Positions 37,136-46,161 of a DNA stretch of 64,000 nucleotides are shown piece by piece; positions within the stretch are counted from its first letter, which is position 1; every line of letters begins with the position of its first letter. This DNA is from Hellea sp. (GTDB taxonomy: Bacteria > Pseudomonadota > Alphaproteobacteria > Caulobacterales > Maricaulaceae), in contig JAHDDC010000005.1 of assembly GCA_020629545.1 (NCBI GenBank), positions 3,661 to 67,660 on the forward strand. Reading direction: 5' to 3'. The notes beneath the pieces were generated by a model, which saw only the letters and a program-made list of their open reading frames with translations, did not search any database and was not told where the DNA came from. The position numbers and the translations under genes are program-made.

Positions 37136-38345
37136 GCGCAACCTCCTTTTTATCTTTGAGCACGCAGCGAATTCCATCCGGATGCTGAATTAACGGCACA
37201 CAAAAATTGCAATGGGTGCATCCACTATCATAGACCGGATCATGTTGAGCATTTTTGACAAATTCTGGATCTATCAATAATGGACGCCCGATCTGAACAA
37301 AATCAAAACCGGCTTCAAAAACCCGATCCAGATCGGCCCGGGTCGAAACCCCGCCAACGTATATAACTGGGCAGCCTACCGTTTCTTTGATGCGTTTCGA
37401 TGCCTCAAGGAAGAATGTAGGCTCATAAGGATAGTTCTTCCACATCAATGGTCCCATAATCTTGTAAATGAACTTCGACGCGGCGCTAGATGCCATTGCA
37501 GCCATACCTTTTGCTATGGATTGCCCCCGAAATAAATACATCGAGTTATAACTAGACGTACCGCCGCTTGGCACGATTCCATCTATGCCAGCCTGATCTA
37601 GGGATTTTGCGACTTCGATACCTTGCTCATAGGTAATTCCACCTTTGACGGCATCGGTCATAGATATCTTGCCGAGGATTGGGAAATCATCGCCAACTGC
37701 AGCCCGTGCGGCTGCGAGGCATTCCAGCGGGACTCGCATGCGCTTTTCATGATTACCCCCATATTCATCTGTACGTTTATTGGTTTTCGGGCTGATAAAT
37801 TGAGACAAGCCATATCCATGACCAAAATGAATTTCCATGGCATCAAATCCAACGTCCTTCATAAAGGCCGCGGCATTCCGATAAGTCTCGATCAAATGGG
37901 CTATGTCCTCATGCGTCATGGCCGGAGCAATGGGGCGTCCAGCTGTTAAACCTATCCCAACAAACATTTTGGATGGTCCCTTTGGCGGCTGATCTCGTTT
38001 GAGATCTTTATTCTGGGAAAAATGTCCACAATGCGTGACTTGTCCCGAGACCTTAACACCGGTGGTTTTCAGCTCTGCTATTAAGGCTGAAAGTTCGTCT
38101 CGAATTCCATCATGCAGCCACATCATGGACTCCATAATACGGCCATCAGCTTCTGTTGTGCAGTAAGATAATGTTGTTAGCCCGATACCGCCTTCTGCAA
38201 TTTCCTTATGAAAGTCCAGCAATCGCTGCCCTGGAACTCCGCCCGGCGTCATACCTTCAAAAGTCGCCGCTTTAATAATGCGGTTTCTGAGATTTAGATT
38301 GCCGAGAATAGCCGGTGCGAAGGGATCTATTTTAGACACGGGCAA
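37125..38345 (-). CDS. Old-yellow-enzyme-family FMN oxidoreductase with C-terminal 4Fe-4S motif, short form (paralog of 31798-33033)
   Basis: It has RIIKAATFEGM, EIHFGHGYGLSQF and C-x2-C-x2-C-x11-C (CTHCNFC...C). The start is TTG 38345 or GTG 38339, either overlapping the upstream gene. Confidence 0.75.
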   Translation of the reverse strand: MPVSKIDPFAPAILGNLNLRNRIIKAATFEGMTPGGVPGQRLLDFHKEIAEGGIGLTTLSYCTTEADGRIMESMMWLHDGIRDELSALIAELKTTGVKVSGQVTHCGHFSQNKDLKRDQPPKGPSKMFVGIGLTAGRPIAPAMTHEDIAHLIETYRNAAAFMKDVGFDAMEIHFGHGYGLSQFISPKTNKRTDEYGGNHEKRMRVPLECLAAARAAVGDDFPILGKISMTDAVKGGITYEQGIEVAKSLDQAGIDGIVPSGGTSSYNSMYLFRGQSIAKGMAAMASSAASKFIYKIMGPLMWKNYPYEPTFFLEASKRIKETVGCPVIYVGGVSTRADLDRVFEAGFDFVQIGRPLLIDPEFVKNAQHDPVYDSGCTHCNFCVPLIQHPDGIRCVLKDKKEVAHVA

Positions 38346-39228
38346 CTGCCAGATATTGTGCCTTTGGATGCATTTCCAATCGGTCTAAATCACCTCCCAG
38401 ATATTGATCCGCTATGTCTCCAATTGTTGGAAATTCTGATTTAGAAAAATTTGCACCGGCAAACCTATTGGCGAGCGCCACCGTAGAATATTCACTTAAA
38501 AATGGTTCTCGCATCCCAGCGACAATTTTACGAAGATCATCAACTGATGATTTTTGCTCATTGGTCGCTGTTTCATAACTCGGCGAAACAAAATCCATGA
38601 TTAAGGTGCTTCCACTCGGAAATCCTCCTAACACGTCTAAAGTTCCTTTAACGGCATCATCGGTCAAATACATTTGGACTCCGAGCCATGAGAAAACAGT
38701 GATTTTATTTTTACTCACGCCTCCAGCCGTTAAAGCGGCATCCAGAGTGGTATTTTCAAAATCAAATGGCACGAATGTTAAGTTGTCCGGAATTTTCACA
38801 TTACCCTTCAACAAGCACTCTTTTTTCCACGATTGACTGTCTGGATGATCAATCTCAAATACTTTCAAACCGGTAAGTAATTCAGGTTCACGATACGCTG
38901 TTGAATCAAGACCTGCCCCCAATACTACAAATTGGGACGCTCCTTGAGCCTTCGCTAATGCCAATTCTTCTTCGACTAGGCGCGCGCGAATACACACTGA
39001 ATGTTCCAGTTGGCTGATGAATTTTTGAGCCGTTTCATTATCACTCAATGCGGAAAAAGCTTCGTGAATTTGATCCAAATATTGAGAGCTTAGCTCGGGA
39101 CTAGATGCTCCACTCAAAAGACCTGCTAGGCTGTCTCGCAGAATTTTGGGCTCTGGTTCATGAAGAAAATGCCTGGCCCTTAGCATGGCAACCATAAGAG
39201 CTGTCTGACTGGGCTTGCCGTCTTCCAT
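38332..39228 (-). CDS. Class I SAM-dependent methyltransferase (leucine-carboxyl / mycobacterial O-methyltransferase-like family)
   Basis: It has a VVLGAGLDS SAM-binding loop and the N-terminus TALMVAMLRA typical of this family. GGAGG lies upstream of the ATG. Confidence 0.7.
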   Translation of the reverse strand: MEDGKPSQTALMVAMLRARHFLHEPEPKILRDSLAGLLSGASSPELSSQYLDQIHEAFSALSDNETAQKFISQLEHSVCIRARLVEEELALAKAQGASQFVVLGAGLDSTAYREPELLTGLKVFEIDHPDSQSWKKECLLKGNVKIPDNLTFVPFDFENTTLDAALTAGGVSKNKITVFSWLGVQMYLTDDAVKGTLDVLGGFPSGSTLIMDFVSPSYETATNEQKSSVDDLRKIVAGMREPFLSEYSTVALANRFAGANFSKSEFPTIGDIADQYLGGDLDRLEMHPKAQYLAVARV

Positions 39229-39268
39229 AAATTCCTCCCCTTACTTGTGCTCTCCCCCTTTTAAAGGG

Positions 39269-40057
39269 CTAAGGCGGCAATCCTTCCGGTGCACCAGGCA
39301 GAACAGGCTGATAGTATCCAGCGCCCCAACCTCCATCAACCGCCAGCTCGGCACCCGTTATATAGCTCGATTCATCGCTTGCTAAAAACAATGAAGCATT
39401 TGCAATTTCAGATGGCTCACCAATTCTCTGAAGCGGAACTCGCCTAAATGCCATATTAAGCTGTTCAGGTGGAAGACCTCGAGCATTCCCCATAGGCGTA
39501 TCTACGCCTCCGGGATGAATGGAATTTACGCGAATACCTGACGTTCCTAGTTCATAAGCCAAAGACTTAGTCAATCCACGAACAGCCCATTTACTGGCGG
39601 TATAGAGGGTCAATCCATTGCATCCGCGCAGGCCATCAACAGAACTGATATTGACGATTGAGCCTTTACCTGCAGCCTTCATAACGGGAGACACATGTTT
39701 GGCACCCAGCATGGGGCCGACCGTGTTTACACCCAAAATCTTGTTGGCGTCATTGGGATTAAAATGTTCGATCGGTGTAAAGTGCACAAGACCTGCATTA
39801 TTAATCAGAGCGTCAATAGTCCCATACTTCTCTTTGACAATACTTACGACTTCTGCCCAATTCTCATCTGATGAAACATCAAGTTTAAGGAACATGGAAT
39901 CGCCGCCAATATCCTTAGCAACCGCCGCGCCCTGTTCGTCAAGCACATCAGTTAAAACAACTGATGCCCCCTCCCTGGCGAACAGGCGCGCGGTTGCCTC
40001 GCCCATACCCCGGGAAGCCCCGGTGATAATAGCGATTTTTCCTGAAAGTCTTCCCAT
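39269..40057 (-). CDS. 3alpha(or 20beta)-hydroxysteroid dehydrogenase-like SDR
   Basis: It has TGASRGMGEA and YTASKWAVRGLTK. It shows end-to-end resemblance to the Streptomyces 3alpha,20beta-HSD sequence as I remember it. The ATG overlaps the upstream stop (TAATG). Confidence 0.75.
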   Translation of the reverse strand: MGRLSGKIAIITGASRGMGEATARLFAREGASVVLTDVLDEQGAAVAKDIGGDSMFLKLDVSSDENWAEVVSIVKEKYGTIDALINNAGLVHFTPIEHFNPNDANKILGVNTVGPMLGAKHVSPVMKAAGKGSIVNISSVDGLRGCNGLTLYTASKWAVRGLTKSLAYELGTSGIRVNSIHPGGVDTPMGNARGLPPEQLNMAFRRVPLQRIGEPSEIANASLFLASDESSYITGAELAVDGGWGAGYYQPVLPGAPEGLPP

Positions 40058-41079
40058 TACATGGCAACCCGAGGGTCGTTTTCGTCCAAACCAACATAGA
40101 ATTGGCGGAAATATTTACGCCATTTCAAGATAGGGCCGTCCCCATCACAAAGAAGCGGCTTTGGACGATATTTCTTATTATCCCAAACAATCAGGTCAAC
40201 GGATTCAAAGCCGGCAGATTCCTCCCCTTCAGCATCCCCGATTGAATGTAAATAGAGATGATGCGCAAGTGCGGCTTCCTTGGATCCTTCTGGATATTTT
40301 TTCCATGTGAACATCATCCGGACCTTTGACATTTCCTCATCCGTGGGAGTCGGGGTCGCGAACATCAACATGGAAACGCCGTCCTTGGTATGGCGGTTTA
40401 TGGGTAATCCTGGACCGTGGCTTTCACCGACGATATATCCATCCATAATATCGTAGTGCCAGATATGACCATCGGCTCTTGCGTCAACACCCGGAATGAT
40501 CGGGGCCCCGTGCAAAAATTTCAAATGGGGTGTATCAACCGAATTTTCACCCATTTCCTGAATACAGGTTCCAATATCCCAAACGTGATACTTGACCTCG
40601 ACATGACCGTCCGGATCTTCCATTTCAGGAACGATCGGAAGCGGCCATAATGGCTCTGCCCCATCAGGATGATACCAAGCCCAAATCGCCCCGTATTTTT
40701 CGACAACTGGAAGCGCTTTAAGGACCGGCTTTTTCTTACAAATGCCCGGCATAACTTTGCCGTATGGAATCTTCTTGCACCAGCCTTCCGTATCGAATTC
40801 CCAATGATGAAAAGGGCAACGGATGTTACCGCCTTGAACGGTTCCGCCATGTCCAAGATGAGCCCCCAAATGTGGACAATAGGGATCGGTCATACCAACC
40901 GAGCCATCCTCACCACGAAAAAGAACCCACTCTTTTCCAAAGACTTTCTCGATTTTTATCTCACCTGGTTTAATTTCATGCGAGAAATGAACATTATACC
41001 ATCCATACGGTATTGGAAACGGACATCGCTCTAGTTCGTCACCCGTTTGGATATGATCAGGGTTTACTGGTGCATTCAT
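40057..41079 (-). CDS. Rieske [2Fe-2S] non-heme-iron oxygenase, KshA-like (second copy)
   Basis: It has CPHLGAH...CPFHHW. GGAGG lies upstream of the ATG. Confidence 0.8.
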   Translation of the reverse strand: MNAPVNPDHIQTGDELERCPFPIPYGWYNVHFSHEIKPGEIKIEKVFGKEWVLFRGEDGSVGMTDPYCPHLGAHLGHGGTVQGGNIRCPFHHWEFDTEGWCKKIPYGKVMPGICKKKPVLKALPVVEKYGAIWAWYHPDGAEPLWPLPIVPEMEDPDGHVEVKYHVWDIGTCIQEMGENSVDTPHLKFLHGAPIIPGVDARADGHIWHYDIMDGYIVGESHGPGLPINRHTKDGVSMLMFATPTPTDEEMSKVRMMFTWKKYPEGSKEAALAHHLYLHSIGDAEGEESAGFESVDLIVWDNKKYRPKPLLCDGDGPILKWRKYFRQFYVGLDENDPRVAM

Positions 41080-41093
41080 GACATCCTCCTCAC

Positions 41094-42494
41094 CTATGCA
41101 TCTTCTAATTTTTCAGGGATCAGCGCTTTGGCTGGATTTCTATCCCCAAGAACTTTGACTTTAAAACTCATCGCTGGTCCTGGCGTCGGAAAAGCTTTGG
41201 TTTTCAGCTCATAATTTGGGCTTTCCAGAGCTAGGTTTTTCCGGTGGAACAAGCGTGAAATCAGCATACCCATTAAAACTTCAGCTAGGTTTTGCCCCAG
41301 ACAAGTATGTGGCCCGCGTCCAAATGGAGAATAAGCGCCTGGCTTCATGTGCTCTTTGCGCTCATCATTGTAGCGATCAGGATCATAGGCAAGTGGGTTT
41401 GGAAAGTACTCTTCCAGATAGTGAGGTACCGAAGTTCCAATAATCAGCATTTCTTCAGCTGGAATTTTATAGCCTTCAAACTCGATTTCTTTGGTTGTCG
41501 TGCGCATCTGCCCAACAGCAACCGGCCACAAACGCATGCTCTCCTTGATACAGCCCTGAATGTAATGCAGATTCCGAACATCCATCGAGGTGACTGTACC
41601 TTTCTCGTACAGAGCATCAGCCTCGGCCTGTACTTTCTCAAGAACCCCGGGCGTTTTTAAAATGCCGTAAACAGCTCCTGACACCGTATTCGCGACCGTA
41701 TCGAGCCCGGCCACATAGGGACCGGTTAACAATACGGCTAAATCACGTTTCTGAACAAAATCAGGATCATCAATATGCGCCCTCATAATATCGCCCAGGA
41801 GGTTTTTCGGTAGGGTTCCATCCTCCGCATGCTTCATAAACCGAGCTACGGTTTTCTCCCCGAGTTCATCAACCCGTTTACTCGCTTTTTTAAATTTTGG
41901 ACTTTTCAAATACCATTTTGGCTTAACCCTGGCGACTAAAGTATTCAAAAGAAACAGAATATTGATTCTGATGTCCCGTACATATTCAAGCGGCGCTTCC
42001 CCGCTCATAAGTTCCCCAATAACCTGCACTATCATATATTGGAATGCTTCAAGCACTCCGGTCATATCGCCGTCGATCCAATCTCGTTCAATTGAATCGT
42101 CAATAAAGTGAGATATTTTATGATATTGCCCTTCGGCGGCCTCCCGGGAAAAACCCGCTCTCATAATAGCTCGCATCCTCCGATGCTCTTCCCCGTCGAT
42201 TTGAGTAAGGGTTTTTGAGGCACCGAAATGATTGACAAAATCATCCCAAAATTCTTTTGAACGCAGGCCCTCGCGTCCAGCTTTGGTTGACATGAACTTA
42301 GCCGCTTCGGCCCCCGCGATCACATATTGTTTTCGGCCGAAAACGTTGACTCGATAGACCGGTCCATATTCCTTGTAGCACCGGACAAAAAATGCGGCTG
42401 GATCCTTGCCCATTTCAAAGGTGTTCCCCACAAAAGGAATACCTTTAGCATCGGGGATTTTCTTATGACTAGAAGATTCTACGACAGCAACCAT
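41094..42494 (-). CDS. Cytochrome P450
   Basis: It has the heme-thiolate loop FGRGPHTCLGQNLA and an ESMR (ExxR) motif. The ATG overlaps the TetR stop (TAATG). Confidence 0.9.
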   Translation of the reverse strand: MVAVVESSSHKKIPDAKGIPFVGNTFEMGKDPAAFFVRCYKEYGPVYRVNVFGRKQYVIAGAEAAKFMSTKAGREGLRSKEFWDDFVNHFGASKTLTQIDGEEHRRMRAIMRAGFSREAAEGQYHKISHFIDDSIERDWIDGDMTGVLEAFQYMIVQVIGELMSGEAPLEYVRDIRINILFLLNTLVARVKPKWYLKSPKFKKASKRVDELGEKTVARFMKHAEDGTLPKNLLGDIMRAHIDDPDFVQKRDLAVLLTGPYVAGLDTVANTVSGAVYGILKTPGVLEKVQAEADALYEKGTVTSMDVRNLHYIQGCIKESMRLWPVAVGQMRTTTKEIEFEGYKIPAEEMLIIGTSVPHYLEEYFPNPLAYDPDRYNDERKEHMKPGAYSPFGRGPHTCLGQNLAEVLMGMLISRLFHRKNLALESPNYELKTKAFPTPGPAMSFKVKVLGDRNPAKALIPEKLEDA

Positions 42495-43231
42495 TAAAAT
42501 ACCTCTTGCAATAATGGTATTTCGTCTTCACCTATCTCGCGGGCAAACGCGCTGAATGCAGCCTTGATGAGGCTGTCTGTTTTTTGTTCGGGCGTCTCGG
42601 TGAATTGATCCATGACTTCGGACATAAGTGGGAAGTCGCCCGGGTCGAGCCTAGCGAACTGACGTCTTGCTACGACGTCCATCGTTTCGTCCTGAAACTC
42701 AAACTCTTGCTGCCGAATTGATTCAACAGCTCCGCCATAAGCGATAAGACCGATTTGATTGAACAGTCGCATGGCATGCATTGGCGCTATATTGCGTGAT
42801 TTCATAGCCGATAGGAACGGTTCGATCAGCTTAAAATGAACTTCAAAACCGAAATTTGATGGACTCATTGCGCTCATATAGGTTGGATTGTCCGCTAGAA
42901 TTTTTTGCAATCCCAGAACATAATCTTTCGCCAAAACCGACCAATGCTGACCAATGTCTTCAGGCAATGGGACCGCGGTCAAGGCATGTACCGCCGCTGC
43001 ACGCATCAAAGCCTTTCGGCTATCAAAATATTGATAAAGTGTCGCCGTCCCGACATTCAGATAAGTCGACAGCTTTTTCATTGTAAGCGTCTCAAGACCC
43101 ACCTCAATAGCCGCGTCCAATATCTCCTCATGAGTGAGAAGACGCGGGCGACCATAGGCGGGTGTCTTGACCGGTTTAGGCAAAGAAAATCCTTTCAAAT
43201 TGACTTTCCGAACGTTGTTCGGATATTCCAT
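42494..43231 (-). CDS. TetR-family transcriptional regulator
   Basis: It has the HTH LTMKKLSTYLNVGTATLYQYF. The start is ATG 43231 or TTG 43198. The ORF-track start at 43336 would overlap the divergent gene. Confidence 0.85.
   Translation of the reverse strand: MEYPNNVRKVNLKGFSLPKPVKTPAYGRPRLLTHEEILDAAIEVGLETLTMKKLSTYLNVGTATLYQYFDSRKALMRAAAVHALTAVPLPEDIGQHWSVLAKDYVLGLQKILADNPTYMSAMSPSNFGFEVHFKLIEPFLSAMKSRNIAPMHAMRLFNQIGLIAYGGAVESIRQQEFEFQDETMDVVARRQFARLDPGDFPLMSEVMDQFTETPEQKTDSLIKAAFSAFAREIGEDEIPLLQEVF
43205..43225. promoter_or_regulatory. TTTCCGAACGTTGTTCGGATA, degenerate copy of the TTTCCGAA-N5-TTCGGAAA palindrome at the TetR / crotonase head-to-head junction
   Basis: It matches 18 of 21 positions of the two better copies. 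It lies at the 5-prime end of the TetR gene and 8-26 nt upstream of the divergent gene. Confidence 0.6.
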
Positions 43232-43250
43232 TATGCTAAGGCCGAAGTCA

Positions 43251-44219
43251 ATGATAAACCCGATTACATATAATGAATTGCGAGCTTTGCACGCAGCTGG
43301 GAAACCTCGGGATTCCTTTGGTCCGAATAGTGACACGCCCTATTTGGCTTTGGACCTGAGCCATTCAAAATCGGATATGAATAACTGGCTTGGTAATCTA
43401 CCCTGCCCGGTAATCGGACTGGGTAAAGGCGAAGCATCGACCGCCTGTGACGTTGTGCTCGAAGATACAAAAAAGCTCGAACTCATAAGCCGGAATATTC
43501 TAGCAGCCCCACTGACTGCAATGACTTTAGCGCAGCATTTACGGGCCATAGAAAACATGCCAGCGGTTCAAGCCCTAACCGTTGAGAGTTTTGCCTATGC
43601 CGCTTTGCAGCAAGGGCCGGAGTTTAAAAGTTGGCTAGCCAGCTATGATGGCGAGACGCTATTGCCCGAAGCCGGACCACCCGTTCTTACAGAAATCTCC
43701 AACAATACTTTATCCATAACTCTAAACCGGCCAAAGAATTACAACGCCATAGGAACAGAGGTGCGAGATGCTCTCTGCGAAATCCTCGACATGGCAATTA
43801 TTCACGACCAATTCACATCAATCAACATTAGCGGCAAAGGCCGGACATTTTCAATTGGCGGAGCGATCCAGGAATTTGGCCAGACGACAGATCCATCCAC
43901 GGCGCACTGGATCCGAAGCATATGTCTGCCTGCCACACGGGTTTTACAACTGCGGGAAAAATTAAATGTGCAAATTAACGGCGCGGCCATCGGTGCCGGT
44001 ATTGAGATAGCAGCTTTTGCCAAACATGTAAGTTGCAGCCCCAGAGCCTGGTTTCAACTCCCCGAACTTAAATATGGCCTCATTCCCGGTGCCGGCGGAA
44101 CGGTTAGTATAATGAACAGGATTGGACGACAAAAGACGGCCTATATGGCGCTGACAATGGAGAAGATATCAGCGAAGACAGCAGCTGAATGGGGTTTGGT
44201 AGATGAGGTGGGCATGTAA
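43251..44219 (+). CDS. Crotonase-fold protein with about 150-aa N-terminal extra domain and short C-terminus
   Basis: The crotonase core (ITLNRPKNYNAI, GKGRTFSIGGAI, GAGIEIAA) begins about 150 residues in. The start is ATG 43251 or ATG 43233. Confidence 0.65.
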   Translation: MINPITYNELRALHAAGKPRDSFGPNSDTPYLALDLSHSKSDMNNWLGNLPCPVIGLGKGEASTACDVVLEDTKKLELISRNILAAPLTAMTLAQHLRAIENMPAVQALTVESFAYAALQQGPEFKSWLASYDGETLLPEAGPPVLTEISNNTLSITLNRPKNYNAIGTEVRDALCEILDMAIIHDQFTSINISGKGRTFSIGGAIQEFGQTTDPSTAHWIRSICLPATRVLQLREKLNVQINGAAIGAGIEIAAFAKHVSCSPRAWFQLPELKYGLIPGAGGTVSIMNRIGRQKTAYMALTMEKISAKTAAEWGLVDEVGM

Positions 44220-44228
44220 TTTGGCCAT

Positions 44229-44834
44229 CTATTCAGCGATCTCGCCTTTCCAGCGCCTGTAATACTTTAAACCCTGTGATCGGATTTCATTGTCAAGCTT
44301 ATCGGAAATAAATAAGCGCCCGTCGAACTTCTCTTCGCGCCAAATATTCGCCCCGGATCGACATTCCGGCGAAAATACTATTTTTGGATGACCATAATTA
44401 AACCGGTAATCTCCATACTCCGTCAATTGAACCTCAGACAATTCAGGGATTATGCTTGTCTTGGACTCAGTAACAATAATGATGTTATATCCAGTTTCCG
44501 GTTCACGGCCTTTCGGCAATGATAACTCGACCGGAAAAAATTGATGGAAACCGGGGTCCATTTTTTCTATGAGTGACCTTAATGCGTCGGAAACGAGAGG
44601 AAGACCATCACGTGTCCTGAACGCATCTGGAATTTTCGAGGTTTTTCTAAGACCTGTGAGTGCAATTTTCCTGGGCACCTGATCTGCGGTAAGTTTGGGG
44701 GTTTTCTTCCCGTCCCGCCAGACATGAACGAATTTTATCAGCTCTTTAGGATCTGGATATTTTTCTTCAAACGCCATAAAAGACCCGCTTTGTTGAAAGG
44801 GTCGGTCCCACGTTATATCTATGATATATACCAT
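44229..44834 (-). CDS. Hypothetical protein, DUF1629/Imm11-like (tentative)
   Basis: The 201-aa protein has the C-terminal pattern GANIWREEKFDGRLFISDKLDNEIRSQGLKYY, which recalls Imm11 immunity proteins. The assignment is from memory only. Confidence 0.4.
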   Translation of the reverse strand: MVYIIDITWDRPFQQSGSFMAFEEKYPDPKELIKFVHVWRDGKKTPKLTADQVPRKIALTGLRKTSKIPDAFRTRDGLPLVSDALRSLIEKMDPGFHQFFPVELSLPKGREPETGYNIIIVTESKTSIIPELSEVQLTEYGDYRFNYGHPKIVFSPECRSGANIWREEKFDGRLFISDKLDNEIRSQGLKYYRRWKGEIAE

Positions 44835-44898
44835 AATTGCCCTGATATATCCTTATCCGGAAAAACTATAGTCTCCTCAAACAAAAATTATTACTCGC

Positions 44899-46161
44899 CT
44901 AAAGTTTCGAGGCTCGCACCGCCAACAAATTTGCTTTCGCCTCCTCCCAACTATTGTCCAATACAATCAAATCAGCGGGTTCCCCGACTGCCACGCGGCG
45001 CGGTTTACCGCCTGCGTCATTGACGGGTTTGGTATAGAGCGCTAGCGCTTCTTCGGGCGAGATGGCTTCATGTTCAAATCCAGCTGGACGGTTAACGGCG
45101 GCGGCCATAGCGGCCCACGGATTTGGGTCGCCAAAGGGCGCATCGCTGCCGGCCGCTAATCTAAGCCCCGCATCCGCAAAGGATTTCAGCCGCCATAGAT
45201 TGGGATGATCTTTACCTGGAACATCTTGCCGATAAGCATCCAGCCGTTCTGTTATGAAATTTGGTTGCGTTACAACTATTACTCCAAGACGCTGCATCCA
45301 CTCAATTGCGGCCTGATCCGCAATCGCCGCATGTTCAATACGGTCCCCTGACATAGGGCCAGCCTCTTCGATTGCAGCCAAAGTCATCATCAGCTCGGCC
45401 CGAGTTACACAGTGAGCGGCGACCGGACGACCGGCATGGTGTGCCACGCTAATCTCACGGACGAGATTAGAAAGGGGCGGCAGGTCGTGATCATGATAGT
45501 GGAGCTTGAGATGACCGCGGCGCGTATGGTTGAGATCGGTGAGCTCTGAGTTGCCCATAATGGACAAATTGAGATCGCCCGCTTGCTCTAGATAATTATC
45601 GAATTCGGCTAAACCATTTGACGGCGTTACCTCTGTTACACCTGTGATGCCCCATGACTTCAGCTTTTTGATCAAAGAGGTTAAGTCCGGAAAACCGCGA
45701 CGCCTCATAAGATGATCGCTGTCATATAGACGTCCATTTCGGGGCGTCTTTATTGCTAATTCATTCAGAGCCCGGGAGTTCAATATCCATAACCGGCCGC
45801 TGCGATGCTGAATACGGACTGGCCTATCTGGCCCATTTGCATCGAGCCATTCTCGGTCAATTTCGCCGGCCACTGAATGGTGATACCCCACGCCGCGTAG
45901 CCACCCCTCACCGTCCGCATTTAGGGCCGCAATTAGCTGCTCTTCATCTTCAACATTAGGCGGTCCGCACCGCACAGAATTGAGAGCCGCCGCCGTCGCA
46001 TTTAAATGAATATGATGATCGTGAAGGCCCGGCAGAATAGCTCCGCCTTTTCCATTAAAATCAGCTACGCCGCCAAGATGTGGCCCAATCTCGGATATGA
46101 GTTTACCCTTGGTGCGGACATCCATTATTTGACCATAAACTTCTACATTACGGATCAGCAT
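44899..46161 (-). CDS. Metal-dependent amidohydrolase (Amidohydro_3-like)
   Basis: It has the N-terminal GLHDHHIHL metal-binding motif and a C-terminal GSDAPF. Confidence 0.75.
   Translation of the reverse strand: MLIRNVEVYGQIMDVRTKGKLISEIGPHLGGVADFNGKGGAILPGLHDHHIHLNATAAALNSVRCGPPNVEDEEQLIAALNADGEGWLRGVGYHHSVAGEIDREWLDANGPDRPVRIQHRSGRLWILNSRALNELAIKTPRNGRLYDSDHLMRRRGFPDLTSLIKKLKSWGITGVTEVTPSNGLAEFDNYLEQAGDLNLSIMGNSELTDLNHTRRGHLKLHYHDHDLPPLSNLVREISVAHHAGRPVAAHCVTRAELMMTLAAIEEAGPMSGDRIEHAAIADQAAIEWMQRLGVIVVTQPNFITERLDAYRQDVPGKDHPNLWRLKSFADAGLRLAAGSDAPFGDPNPWAAMAAAVNRPAGFEHEAISPEEALALYTKPVNDAGGKPRRVAVGEPADLIVLDNSWEEAKANLLAVRASKL

Noticed and set aside
39229-39268. The palindromic CCCTTTTAAAGGG downstream of the SDR gene could be a terminator or an operator.
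   Set aside because: It would form a hairpin with essentially no loop, it has no T-tract, and it occurs only once. The GGAGG nearby is simply the SD of the methyltransferase gene.
39618-40133. A 171-aa ORF lies antisense to the 3alpha/20beta-HSD-like SDR gene. Similar long antisense ORFs occur at 55791-56426, 20775-21350, 12366-12785 and 2740-3246.
   Set aside because: Each lies fully inside a well-supported gene on the other strand. Each has low-complexity or Ser/Arg/Pro-rich shadow-frame composition, no SD and no recognisable motif. They are typical shadow ORFs.
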